In this document: in pieces, positions 50,661 to 63,861 of the stretch | Layout of the letters: every line of letters starts with the position of its first letter | Position numbering within the stretch: position 1 is the stretch's first letter | DNA from: Ramazzottius varieornatus | Taxonomy: Eukaryota > Animalia > Tardigrada | Direction of reading: 5' to 3' | NCBI GenBank assembly: GCA_001949185.1 | Contig: BDGG01000011.1 | Location: 951,552 to 1,015,551, forward strand | DNA: 64,000 nt | The notes under the pieces: generated by a model | Database searches by the model: none | Told to the model about the DNA's origin: nothing | What the model saw: the letters and a program-made list of their open reading frames with translations, nothing else | Made by a program: the position numbers and the translations under genes

Positions 50661-51919
50661 CTAGAATACAAGGTTTTCAGCCTTCTGAAGAGCCTTCAGA
50701 AGAGGGGCTAACGCTTCCGGCAGGGTTTTCCCCGAAGGACCCAAGAAGAGGTAATTACTAGCATCAGCTCCACCGGTCAGTTCCATGTTAAACTCCGCCA
50801 CGCTGACGCTCCTGGCTGCGACATGGGGGGCAAACATAGCAGCAGGGTAGACTACCGAAGAAGTACCAACCACCAGACACAGATCACAGCTACCGAGTTC
50901 TTGGTAGACTCTCTTGAGCACTTCCTCGTCGAGATTCTCGCCGAACCACACAACGTGCGGTCTGAGCAGTCCACCACAGCTCCCGCATCTCGGTAACTGC
51001 TCCTCAGGTATCTTTAGCTGCTCATTGTCCGCATCTGGCATCCTGTCATTCGAAGTTTATCAGCAAGAAGGATGTACTGTAAAAGGAATGAAAACGGAAT
51101 TTAGCTACCTCGCGTCTTTCAGTGCGTCGCAGATTGGAACTTGGAGATTCTCCTCCACTTTCCGACATTTCGTGCATTCTGTCTTGAACAGACTTCCATG
51201 GATCTCAATAACATTCTTCGAGCCTGCTCTCTGATGAAGGCCGTCGATATTCTGTGTGACGATCGTCAGCTTCTTCTCGTTGTTTTCCAAAACCGCTTCG
51301 GTTTCCGCCAATGCAACATGTCCCTGCCATCAAGAGAACGCAAATCAAGCAATAGCACGCAGTACATGAACCGCGCCATCCGTTCGATCCGGTTAGCATG
51401 ACGCTCATAGTCATATCAGCCTGCACACTTAGGACATCGCGCATGACGTCACAAAACAACTAAACGAAACCTGCACGAGTCAGCGACGCATGACGTATTG
51501 CATGAATTTCTTCCATGCTTTCTCTTTCAGTTGTTTCTCACAGGGTTCGGTTTGGTTTGGAGTACAGTGGCTCGTCGATATTCATAAAACGTCCATACGA
51601 GGGAAGGATCCCGGACGAATGCGCCGTAAGTCGCGAGCTCCGTGGCGGAATATTTGCCCCAAAATCCTCCCGCGCCGCGAAACGTCGGGATGCCACTCTC
51701 AGCACTGACGCCTGCCCCCGTCAGCACAACAATCCTTCTGGCTTTGATAAGCTCTGCCTGGAACGATTCCTGTTGCCGAACCCGATCCGTCGCCCAGGCA
51801 GACAGCAAACGCCGACGGTGCGAGAGATCGTTGTGCAGCGCCATCGATGTCAAGAGTGGCGGACGGTAGCCTGGCCCTGCGAACGTCCTTAGACTGGTCA
51901 CAAAAATGCGGAGCTTCAT
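50661..51919 (-). CDS. SIRT5: NAD-dependent deacylase sirtuin-5 (class III); exons 51919-51542, 51323-51109, 51042-50661
   Basis: [21 protein letters not shown] (class III YxxR), [16 protein letters not shown], CxxC...Cxx[22 protein letters not shown]. The Arg-rich N-terminus resembles a mitochondrial transit peptide. Confidence 0.93.
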
Positions 51920-53874
51920 AAGCTGAACAGATAACGAAACGGATGCAATATAGCGACCTGTCTGTTGAGGAGATTTGGTTGGGGATTTAAATGAGACTTT
52001 ACTGCACATCTAAACGCCTTCGTTGTCGAAGTTCGAATGCCTTTCTTTCAGGAGGAGCCATGCGGTTTCATTGGTGATAGCTATTGAGCTTAGGTTTTGT
52101 ATGTACGTACTTCCGTCTCGCACCGAGTATGGTGGCGGGAGAAGTGAGTGGAAGCTGTTGGCCGTCTTGGCAGAGACTACAGTCTTGAGTTTTGTGTGAG
52201 ATCGTGCGGCAGTAAAGTTCCTTCCCGTTTTTCCCCACGAATTCATCTGTCTTTCGTCTCTAACAAGGCTAAGTGCCTCCAAGGACCTTCGGCGATCTTC
52301 ACCTAGTCAGGTAGCACTGCTCCCGCGGACAGTAGGATAAAGTATCCAGGATTCGGCCAGTAGCATCTTCAAAAGGGACTAACGTCTTCGAGGACTTCTT
52401 CCTTTCTGTGGACCGAAGCGAGGTAAGTCGTAAGATTTACAGGTAGCTAGCGGTGTTAAGTACATGTGAGGCCTTTGCTTAATTTCTTGGAGTGCAGGAA
52501 GCTTTGTGGTGCGAGGTTACTGAGCATTTGTCCGACAGGAAGTGCATGGGGATATTAACGTGTGAGTTTGTGTAGGGGAAATTACAGCTTGACCGAGTTT
52601 GCCGAGTCCTTTCATTCTATAAATTCAGAGTGACGTCTGAATAAATATTCCTTGCTATGGGACGTAAAATTTTGTATCGAGGTGTTCATCGGGAGTTCTA
52701 CGGAGGCGACTGCCTTATATTTTGAGCCGATATTCTTGGGCATTTTGCCCTTTGTCGGTTTGTTTGCCCTTTGCAACAATTCAAGGGTGTGGTGTCACCA
52801 GAGTGGGGACAAAAGCACGGAAGAAATTAGGTGAAATCAAATTTAAAACTAGGAGTGCTAAATTGCTAATACGGAAGTCACGCACAATCAACGGATTTGA
52901 TTGCTCAGCTGGCTTCTGTCTTGTGCTGTTTAGCGCCGCAATTCTACTGTGACGTTGTTGCGGCTTTGGGCGTGGCAGCTTACTGTGCTATGCGCTACCA
53001 AACTTCTTCGCTCAATGGGCGAAATTAACATGGGCCGTAAAATCCCCATCGTTCCTCCTTTCGAAGCGCGTTGTAGCGACATGGGGTTCCCGCTAGCGAA
53101 GCGCAAACGGATAACACTGTCTAGGCGGTCTAGGTTCGGGTGACGGGTCGCTTTGCGGTGCGGCAAGGCTTTGTAAATTTTCGGAAATTGAGTTTTCCGA
53201 GTTAGAACTCTGAATGCGATGTTTGGCTTTTTCTGGGTATCTTTTCTTCGGTACGGTTCGTGGACAAAGTTTTATTCTGTCATCATTGTCTTTTCGATAA
53301 GCTACCACTGTACAGTTAATGTCCGAATCCTTTCTGTTCGCAACCTTGACGAGAGAAGTGCTGGAGGTGCTGGAAGATAAGTTCAGCAATCAGCACCGAG
53401 GCAGAAGCCATCTTTCACCACCGGAAGTCACAGGTTATTTCCACTCCCGATCCCGAAACTTACAGAGCTTGGCCCCTGAAAATGTTTAGCTGACCCGTGG
53501 CCTATAAGAAATCCCTGGGCCCCTGCGCTCCGACACCAGGTCGTTCGTCGTATGACGTCACCCGAAGGAGGAGGGGCAGGGACACACGAACATCGTTTAT
53601 TGAGCGAAGAAGTTTGGCGCCACCATGCGTACCGTGCGATTCGGACTTGTGGGCCTGGTTTTAGGTGTTCGGGCCACCACCGTACGGGGCTTTCGGGTAG
53701 TGATGTTGGCATATACCATTATTGTATTAAATTAATCAATGTTAGATGCTTTTCTTATCTAATATATTTTATTAACATTCATCAGATGGCTCCCACGAAA
53801 AATTTATTAAATTAACGTGACGCTCTGGAACGTTGGATGCCTGGGTATGCCGATGGAGGGCAACTGCAATTAGA

Positions 53875-54165
53875 TCGTATCAGAGTGAAACGATATAACG
53901 CCTAGTGTATTCACTGCAGTACAGGCCTCTGTACAGGCTCGTTGATACACTGGAGAAGTCCAATCCTACAATCAAGCGTAGAAAGACAAGACAGGGCGGA
54001 CTTTTCCTCTTGATCGTGAGTTAGCCCTTGATTGACTAGGGCCCACTTTTGTAACTTCAGTTCCGCCGTTGATTTTGGACATCTTTGATTGACTGGGGAA
54101 GTGTGCATCAACGCGCACTTTCAATGCAGTGAATACACTAGAGGCAATATCGTTTCACTCTGATC
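53875..54165. repeat. Foldback element with inverted arms
   Basis: ATCAGAGTGAAACGATAT...CTAGTGTATTCACTGCA pairs with TGCAGTGAATACACTAG...ATATCGTTTCACTCTGAT. Confidence 0.75.
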
Positions 54166-54184
54166 GTATGATCGCTCAGATTAA

Positions 54185-57100
54185 CACTCTGAACACGGGG
54201 GGTACAACTCGCTTTCGCACCGCACAGTAACCGAGTTGTGGAAAATTTCTCATCCAATTTATCTGGCCCATATTTTTGGTTTGCTTCAACCAACAGCATC
54301 TCTGCAGAACACATCTGGTAACCGATGGCTTACAGCTACGCATAAGTGAAAAACATTGAAAGAAGATCTATAGACAAATCGCGATTATAAAATAAATAGC
54401 GCTGCTACAGACTCACCACGTGCGGAAACAGTCCGAAAATAATTTGCAACATTCGTGGCATGTTGCGTCCAGAATAGAAATGTTTCGTGTCGTTGCAGTG
54501 ACTGTCCTGTGGTCAGCAGAAGAATCGGAAGTTTTTTGTATCGATTCATTACTTAGCACATCCTGTGACGTCACTGACGGGACGACTACTGGTGGCGCTG
54601 TCACTGCTACCAAATGAAAACTCCAAAACTTCACTCTTTGCGTTTCAGTGTGATACAGGTTGTTCTGCTTTCTTCAAGTAACTGTTCTTGATATCTGTTT
54701 CGGTTTACCGCTTGAGCATTAATTCAGTAGAAACATGTCAGCGAATCAGGAGTTGGCGACTGCGTTTGAGAATCAAGGGTATGTACAGTTTTATCTGTTT
54801 CTCACAACTGTAATTGAGTGAAGCGATCTTGTTCGTCAATATAACCTGCTTACAGGCTGATTCTTCCGCGAAACCTGGTACCGTTTATGGAAGAAGCCTC
54901 GCATGGAATGGAAGGCAGGGAAGCTCGTTTCGCTATCTACGCTGCTCTGAGCAGTCAGATACTGTGCATGGAGGTGAGGTGAAAGAAGGATCGGGACGAG
55001 GGCGAACTATTGTCAGTCTTCGTACGGTAGCTTCGATGGAATGGCGCATTTCCGGTTGATGTTTCTTGTTGATTGCTATTTTATTGTTATTATTGTCATG
55101 ATTTGTCTTGACAGATACAGTCTGGCTCAAAACGACAGTTATGTTCTGACCGGTAGTCTTCTATTACCATCACTCTGTACTACTGGATTAGAGTTCACTG
55201 GCATATAAAACGATGAAAACAAATCTACTCTTTGACAAGTGATCGAACTGCTCTGTTGTTGTGGTAAAAATTGGATTTACTGCAAGGATGCATCCTTCAT
55301 CATCGTTTAGACTTTTTCTGCCCGAATCATAGTATGGACGTTGATGAGGAGGACGGTGTAAGTTCGGAGACCAGAAGCTGTGTGTTAGACCTTCCGGAAT
55401 ACGATTCAGAACTGCTGGATGATGATGGCGACATACTGTATCAGCTGGGCGGAACTGGACCTCATCTGGAATGGTGCCGTCGAATGGGCTCGTTTTCCAA
55501 CGGACAGCGGAAAAGCTCGTTCAGTCAACCGGATGACAGGACCTGGAGGAGTGACTGCTCAAGCTCGATCCCAGATATAGAAAATTACGGATAGTTTAGG
55601 CCTGTTTTTCACTCCTTCCATAAGAGATATTATCATTCGATTCACGAACGAAGAGGGTGAACTGCAATACGGGAAACAGTGGGCCACGTTGGACGCTACG
55701 GAGCTCGACGTTTACCTTGGTATCTTACTGCTCCAAGGTGTCTATCATGATGGTACGGTACCTGTTTCGGAGTTGTGGAGTGAGAGTCACGGGAAGAAAA
55801 TGTACCAAGCATGTGTGCCTCGAGACAGGTTCGCGCAGGTTACCTGCAGTTTACGGTTGGACGACAAACGTACTCGTAATGAACGACTGAAGACAGACAA
55901 GATGGCTCACGTGAAAGAAGTTTTCGATTTGTGGTCGGACCGTCTAAGAAGCTGCTACTTTCCCTACCAACATGTGTGTCGACGAACAGTTATTCCCTTT
56001 CAAAGGACGTTGTGGCTTCAAACAGTACATCCCAACCAAACCTCGGAGTAAGTACGGCCTCAAGCTCTTCCTTCTTTGTTGCTGTCAAACTTCCTACCGC
56101 GGCAATATACAGCTTTATACGGGAAAACCCGTAGGAGGAAAGGCAGAGAAGAACCGGGGGCAACGAGTTGTACTGGATCTTGTGGAACACCTCGGCAGTA
56201 GTTCAGGCCGAAATGTAACAATAGACAACTTTTTCACTTCTCTGGCCTTAGGCGAAGCTCTTAAGAAAAACATATCTCTCATTGGGACCATGAGGAAGAA
56301 CAAGCCGGAAATCCCATCCGCCTTCTTGCCTAGCAAACTGCGCGAAGTTTTCTCCTCGCAGTTCGGTTACACCTCAGGCTTCACTCTTGTCTCGTACGTT
56401 CCGAAGAACGGCAAAGCGGTTATTCTCCTCAGCTCTATGCATCCCGACGCGTAAGTATTTCCATGACGTTGATACCTTTCGTCTGCTTGTCTTGTAGTGT
56501 ACAGGAATGTTTGTGTTTAGCCGTGACGTCATACGTACCACTGGCGAGCGTGAGTTTTGAGACTATCGCAAGCGACGTATGACGTCCGGTGAAGTACGCC
56601 GTTCTGGCTTACCTATTAGCCCTCAGAATATTGCTGTGTGACGTCACAGTTCATTTCCTGTTTTGGAGAAATAGACGAACTTTCCAAAGAAGAAAAACCG
56701 GAAATTGCCTGTATAACCGTACCAAAGCGGGAGTCGATACCTTGGATCAGCTAACGGGAAACTACAGTTGTCGTCGTAAAACATGCCGTTGGCCGATGGC
56801 GTTGTTTTACGACCTTCTGAACATCTCTGCCGTGAACGCGTACGTAATCTGGTGCGAAGTCAATCTGGAATGGAATCTCACATTACCAACGAGGCGTCGA
56901 ATTTTCCTTCAGGAGCTGAGCAAGCAGATGATGAAACAGCAGCTCCAGCGTAGAGCGACAGTGCCTAGTCTCCCCTTTCATATGAAGAAATTCATATTTT
57001 CGATGTTGCAGCAGAACGGAATTTCCATTCCTATCGTTCACACTCAAACTCATATTCCGTCAAAGAAATCTATCAGATGTCGGTATTGTCCAAGAAAATC

Positions 57101-57445
57101 TGAGCGACGGACAATCATAGTTTGTAACGTCTGTAACACTCATGTTTGTGCTAGACATAGAAATACAAAGCAAACCGTTCTCTGTTTAGATTGTAGCAAG
57201 AAGAAGTCCAAGTGAAGCGTGAATAATGGTAAATGAAATGATTTCAAATAAACTGGCTGAAGCTACACCCGGGTCATGTGGCGCCATATAACGGTAGTTC
57301 AGTACAGTATCGTTCGCTGCTTCATGTGGGTGCACGGTGATTGGCCGGTCTCCGCCTGTTTCATTTTGCAACCAGTTGAAAACGTGCGAAACTCAGTTGT
57401 ACCCTTCGTATTCTGCAGGTACGAAATTGCTTCGTGTTCAGAGTG
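54185..57445 (+). mobile_element. Full-length piggyBac transposon (3.26 kb), defective
   Basis: TTAA target-site duplication at 54181-54184 and 57446-57449. 13-bp TIR CACTCTGAACACG. Asymmetric sub-terminal inverted repeat GGGTACAACT...TTTCGCAC. Confidence 0.93.
55333..57215 (+). pseudogene. piggyBac transposase pseudogene (frameshifts, one intron)
   Basis: Acidic N-terminus, CVDEQLFPFKGRC...KP.KYGLK, VTIDNFFTS, YNRTKAGVDTLDQ, RWPMALF and a C-terminal Cys-rich domain, spread over different frames. Frameshifts near 55975 and ~56710. Confidence 0.9.
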
Positions 57446-58729
57446 TTAACAATCGAACTCTAGAAAGGGAACGGCGACTTGGAAGAGCTCGCGACACCGC
57501 GTTAAAGTGCTGAGCGACAACGGTGTCGCCGGTACACGTCGAGCTCGTTTGAGTATTCCTTTAGTGGCGAAATTTCTCTGATCGTTGATCAGTTGTTCTA
57601 TACGTCTTATTTCGTGCCCTAGAACGTACTGCATTCCCTCGATAGTTTTGCGAATTTCGTCATCTTGCCAGTAAATTACACCCGCACTGCTATCCCTGAT
57701 TATTCGATTGTCGCCCATCATTACACTTGACTGGGGAGCAGTCTTTGATTGAAGGTATAGATCCTTTCTGTTCCCCGCAGGATGATATCTACCACGACAC
57801 TCACGTGATAAACTACGCTGTCGTACAACGCTGGCCAGATACAACCACGGCAGATGCAACCATTCAACGAAAGGGATAGAAATGCAGCGTATACAATAGT
57901 TCTCCTCACGACAGGCCGCAAAACTCCGTTGATTGTATTGATCTTGAAAGTGGATTACGAAGTTTCGCTTTCAACATAAGCAGCTCTCGAGTAGCTTATC
58001 TTGAAAGCGAAAACGGATTATTCTCTGCACACTTGACTCAAAAATTCAAATTTTCATTTCTCAGCTGATCTCTGTCTGCGCAGTGCTTCATGTCGCGAGA
58101 TTCCGTTTCGCGTATGAGCTTCTTGATACCTATTAGTGTCGCGGATGTCGGAAGACAGAGACTAGCCAGAGAGAAAACCATGAATTTCAGCTAGTGATAT
58201 TCTTGTGTGCGATTATGGCATTTAATATAATAAAAATAAACATCCGCCGTCCACCGAAGTCTTAATAACTTGCAATTACTATAGTAAAGTCTCTGCCTGA
58301 ATTAATAAACTATCACTATAGTAGAACTCGTGTGGTTTTGGTATTAAGATATATTTCAATAACGGAGAGCTCAACAGTAGATCTTAGCACACGCTATTAG
58401 AGGCATCTGTGTCAGCAGAAGCCCTACTAAATATTTACTCGAAGAATCAAAAACGTTTAGAAACACACTGTTGGTTTGAAACTGTAGGTTTTGCTCGCGG
58501 CGGCGGTTCGGGACTCTCTTACAAGCTGGAGGACAAATGAGATATTTTGCCGTAAACAGTATCAGTGCCTGTACTACAGCTAGCACCGTGCACCTGCACT
58601 CTGCAACATGTCGGTTTAGTGTATCGCGCTAATGTGTAGGTGCCTGCTGTACGCGTATGCGTCTGCATTAGCCCTTCCGTGCTGGTGACTGGTGTGGTGG
58701 CATCATTATGATCCGGTGCCCTTCGTGAG

Positions 58730-58930
58730 GCGTGGTCGTACTATAGCTATACGTAAAGGCAGTCCCACAGTCTTTTCCGACATGGGGCGGGGCGCACACT
58801 GCGCACTAGGAGAAATCATGCGAGCACTATGGGAAACACGTGCTTGACGTGAGATGTGCTAGAACTCAGAGCGAGACTGTGCAGCCGGTATAGTGCGCTG
58901 CCTTTTCCTATAGCTATAGGTCGTCACCGC
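58730..58930. repeat. Imperfect hairpin element
   Basis: CTATAGCTATACGTAAAGGCAG pairs with CTGCCTTTTCCTATAGCTATAG. Confidence 0.6.
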
Positions 58931-59854
58931 ATAAGCAATAACCAGTGCACATGCATTAGAATTCAGCAAATCGACCGGTTCTTCGAATCAGCGGTAGTGT
59001 TACGGGTATTAAAATATATTTTGATACAGGTGGTAAACAGCTTAATAATAACAAATTTTGGACCCCAGTTTCAAACTATTAGAATGTTAATATCGGGTTT
59101 CGGTGTCCAGATCTGTTTACTAAATATTACTGAATATAGTAGATCCTGAAACCATCTAATACACTTTAATAAAATATTACTATATTTGAACATCACCAAT
59201 TTCAGCCTAGTCAGGAGGCAAAGTTTGCCTACAAACCTACCCAGCAAAACTCGTGCATTTCCGCTCCCGTTTCCGAGACTTTCGAAAAACGCAATTTTGT
59301 CTTACTCACGCCTAATTTCCGTTGATCAAGCAAACTCAAATTTTAAATCAACCGTTTGCGACATGAACAGCTCGTCGTGAGGAGGACTAATATCTATAGA
59401 CGAGGTCCACTGGTGTACTGATGAGACCGTACCGCGCCCAGTGAAGGGTGCTCTCGTGAAAACCATCACTTATCCTCCAGAATACTGAGGGAGGCCGCTA
59501 TACACCGTGGTTCTCGTTGGTTAAACCAATAGTACTGTATAATCAGTGCTTGTAATGTTTAGTCATAATGTGGTTCGCTAATCCCGCTTGGCTTCCGCTA
59601 TGGAGTAATCCGAAGATATCATGCGACATCGTCTTTACCGCAGAAGACAAGCTTCTCCTCAACTATCCCATTTATCTTCCGGTCTTCGGAGTAGCATTCT
59701 CTGACGCCAAAAAAGGTGTAGCATAGTTCTGTCGGGAAGGCGCAAAACCGACAACCATTTTCGTGTGACTTCAGTTGCTTCCTTCCTGGAGCAGAACTCA
59801 AGAAGTTCGGGTTTTGCTAAGAGCTCAACGATCTTGGCGAGACGTCTTTGAGCG

Positions 59855-62800
59855 ATGCTGGTAATCGTCCTGCTTATCCAGTATTTCGCGGCCAATGTTT
59901 CATCGATAAAGATAAAGATTCTTAGCGTGATTAACGGCGATAACCCACTATACGGTAAGGAAATACCTCTGATCCTAAGCTACTGTATGCTCTCCCGAAA
60001 TTCACGTACGTCACTGACTCTCAAATTATTGGGGTCTTACCATCTAGTTTTACACTCTGAATGGAGTGACGTACGTGAATTTCGGGAGAGTATACAGTAT
60101 CGGGAATTCTAGAGTTCTAAAGTGCAAATTTGCCAAAGACCAGTGGTCTTTGTGGCGACCGTTTTCTGTTTACGTAGTGCACAGCATGTGATATTTTGCT
60201 GGGGTGCTGGCAACCTCAGCGGCGTCTAATTTGTATGGTGAGCCGCGTGACTCAAAGGCCCTCAGTACTCTCACCGCGGGTGGATGCGCGGAGAAACTCC
60301 ATGCTCGGTAAAACACTTTTTCCGCACATCCGCCCGTTGACTATGACAAAAGTTTCACCGCGGGTATACGCGCGAATTAACTAATTTTTCCGCACATAAA
60401 TGCGCGGTTCAGTCGACTTTATCCTCGGGTGAATGCGCGGTGGATTAGTTAAACCGCACATGGATGCGGGGTCGATTAATTCTCCTCGCATCTACCCGCG
60501 GTGAAAGTACTGTGGACTGTTGAGTCGCGTGGCTCCCCATAAATCTGACTACTGTAAATATTCGCTGCGTCCGCGCAGTACGTACACGTACGTGACGATG
60601 GACCCCCGTAGGGAGTTATGTAATCCGTGGAACCCGACCGGGGCTGTACTTCACTTGTACGATGAGGTACTGCGCGGGCGCAGCGAATATTTACAGTACC
60701 TTTTTTATTGTCGTGAGATACCAATAGAAAAATTCAATTTCATCGGTACACACTGGATCTGCTGCTGTTACTACGACATTTATCCTTTTCAGGCTTTGTC
60801 GCTGCCGCGCCTGCCATTGAAGTTGCACACCGCGACATGGCACGACAATATCCTCACATTCTCAACAACCATACAGTCGCCCGGTATACTGTTCACTCCA
60901 GCGGAATGCCATCATGTCCCGATGCGGCGACCCTGATGTTGACGCTATCGCGCAATATTTCCGATATCCTTTATAACTCGGAAGCTGGTTTCTCTGTCAT
61001 TATTTCACCCGGTATTGGAAAGCTTTGCCGTATCCTTCCTGACGATGATTGCACTTTACGGTTTCCACAGTCAGACGAGCACCTCACTGCCGCACTGTAC
61101 TTACGAGGGAAGTTTGTCATCGCTCCAGTCTTTTTTCACAAACTGAAACTGCAGAAAGGTAGAGGAGAGTTATCTCTATCGATTGAGACAGACTAGGCTG
61201 GCAGAAGAAAATCCTGGAAGACATAGCAGGAAGCTATGTCTTCCAGGATCAATCAGACAGCGAATCAAACCAGCATACAATCAAACCACTTGACTGATGC
61301 CGAAATGAACTTCGCTGATGCTCATGTTCCGCCCAGATTTTGACGTCACGTCCGCTTTCTGCTATGTCTTCCAGAATTTTCTTTTGCCAGCTTAGTCTGC
61401 CTCTGTCGACAGAGAAAACTCGCCTCTACCTTTCTGCGGTTTCGATCTGTGAAATAAGACTGGAGCGATGGCAAAATCTCCTCTTTAGTGTTGTTTGTGC
61501 TTTTCAGGATGCAGTTTGGAAATGATTTCTCTAGGGGATTTTGCTAGAGGTAATGAGATGAAAGGAAATAGCAGCGAAGTGACACGACGTTTGCACGGCG
61601 TACTTGACATTTAAACTTTAACGCATTGTAATTTTCAGAATGGGATGTACCGCTGTTTTCAAGGTTCGTGTTATTGATGATGGACTGTTCGGTTCTGCGC
61701 ACAAACTCGACATCGATGAAGTCACGTGGTGAACTACGCGAATTAAGTACCAAAAACACAACAATCGTTAATTTTGTCCGAGGACAGAGTAGCTGGTCAT
61801 GTCAAATGTCTGATATTATTGAGATTTTAGTCGTGTGACTTGTCGACACCAAAATTGCCCGGAAACTGTTTGCTCACATACTCTCAACGTTCAATGACAA
61901 TAATATATCCGAGTATAGTGTCTCATCGGTGGGGTGGGGGTGGGGGTCGGGTGGGGTGATATGACACGTAACGAACTCTGCATTTTAGTTTGGGAAGCGA
62001 CCCGCTACTGACCAACAAGAAACGCTACCCAACAATTACCACCTTTCCAACACCCGATCTGCGGACCATCCCGCTATCTCTCGAGAGTTTTCTCCGGAGT
62101 TTCAGATGGACCACTGTGACGCTGCTTTGTGATTCCGTTACGCAGTATCCCGCTCTCAGTACTTTCTACAGTCAGGTGTGCAATACGGTGAAAATTCGAC
62201 TGGTGGCTCCCTCGGCGAATTTCCAAGTGTACAGTGCATCGTTTGACTCGAAAACCTTCCAAAGAATTGACTCTCTTCTAATGGACGCTCGACGTCGATC
62301 GCGAAGTAAGCCGCAATCGGCATATCGAATACTTCAAGCTTGATACATTATCCGAATTTGGCGTAACCACTTCGACCCTCCACAGTTTTGATTCTCTTTA
62401 CGCATCCAACAATCCTCCGTGAGATAATGGTGAGACAACGCAGCAGGTGTTACTTCTTTGTAGTATCCACGGACCGAACGTTGCGCATGTCAAAATGGAA
62501 ATTTTACAGGTTACCGCGTATAACCTCAACATGACAGATGGAACCTACGTGAGTCTCCACGTCGCTGTGCGGGAGTTCGGCAAACAAACTCAACAAGATC
62601 GTCGCCCAAGTGGCGCTTGTTTTGTCGTCGGCAAAAAGGATGCGCCAGTTGGGCAGGCAATCCTGTCGAATTTGTTAGCCCAGCTCCGTTTGAATATAGC
62701 ATGGATCCACTTTATTGCAGTACCTATAATGCCACTTGTTCGCGATCTAGGCGTACTTCAGTGTAAACCCACCGGAGGTGCCTACATTTGGAAACCTCAC

Positions 62801-63861
62801 CTGGCAGAAGTTTGACCAGAACGATACAGTCGCTTTCCATGCATACCATTCTTTGGCCGTCGTTAACAATCCTAACCCGAAGTGGGAACAGGTGCGAGAC
62901 ATCACCTCAGCCATGGCTGAAGTTTCCAAAGAAAGATGGAATTTGACTATGTCAGTTGCTCAGCAGGTAGGTGACGACAGCAGTCCTATCGGTGGTTCTC
63001 GATAAACCGACCTGTTCGCATTTATAGCATAACGATCTGGCGATATCTGTGTACGAAGCCTACCAGACCTTTGCTTTCGTACTGAACGAAAGTTTTGCCG
63101 AACTGGAAAACCTGACCGGTGTAGGCTTCGCTAAACGGTGCTGGAACCGAACGTTCGAGTCGCGAACCAGACCGGTCAACATCGATGCCCGCGGAAGCCG
63201 AATCAACAGTGTCATTTTTTCCCGCTTCAACAGTCCTAACGGCGTACGAACGGTACGATCCCGGAGTTTCAAGCTCAAGACTGTCGACTTGGACATGATA
63301 TAACTCCTACACTGTACAGTATACCATGTACTGTATTTTTCAGGAAACTTGGGTATATGATGCCATTTCGCATCAGCTGCAAACGATCTCACCGAGCTTA
63401 GCCAGTGCATGGACTGATAACAGAACTCGGCCATTAAACGAACCACTATGCGGCTTCGATGGAGACAGATGTCAGCACAGTCAACGTAAGAAACCATGCA
63501 TCGTATCTCATAGACGCCTGCTGAGACCTGATTTGTACGGTAGAGAGTCTTACGACAATTGTGGCATCAAGTGTTTCCTGCTTTGCTTTCCTCTGCATAC
63601 TGCTCTTGATCCTCGGGAAGACGCTTTTACGGTAAGATTTCGGATTTGGGAAGAAATACTGACGGCGAGTCGCCCTACTACACCAGCTTCAATCACGAAC
63701 AGCTGTGAGCACAAAAATGGGTATTTTGTAGGAACAATGCGAGATGGAGGGAAGACTGGATGACCTGGTGGATCATTTCAGAAAATTATTTTGGCGGCCT
63801 GAGACCGTTTAATCTGAAAGACTTGTCGACCCTCAGTCGATATCGCAACAGCGAAAGCTGA
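59855..63861 (+). CDS. Natriuretic-peptide-receptor-like (ANF receptor ligand-binding domain) single-pass membrane protein with a short cytoplasmic tail; ~12 exons
   Basis: Signal peptide MLVIVLLIQYFAANVSS. Extracellular motifs IISP|GCSLEMISLGDFAR|EWDVPLFS|SLGSDPLLTNKKRYPT, AYNLNMTDGTY, WNRTF and PLNEPLCGFDGDRC. TM exon IVASSVSCFAFLCILLLILG. Last exon 63732-63861 encodes ...WMTWWIISE...RNSES*. Confidence 0.8.
59981..60099. repeat. Hairpin MITE in intron 1 of the receptor gene
   Basis: TACTGTAT(G/A)CTCTCCCGAAATTCACGTACGTCACT is inverted at the right end. Confidence 0.85.
61105..61483. mobile_element. Foldback MITE with ~125-bp inverted arms in intron 2 of the receptor gene
   Basis: ATCGCTCCAGTCTT...GCAGAAAGGTAGAGG...CTGGAAGACATAGCAG pairs with CTGCTATGTCTTCCAG...CCTCTACCTTTCTGC...AAGACTGGAGCGAT. 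Confidence 0.85.

Noticed and set aside
52010-53720. Retroelement/LTR remnant or gene upstream of SIRT5
   Set aside because: No recognisable RT, integrase, LTR pair or consistent exon structure; left unannotated.
55333-57215. Domesticated PGBD gene
   Set aside because: TIRs and TTAA duplication are retained and the ORF is frameshifted, so it is a decayed transposon.
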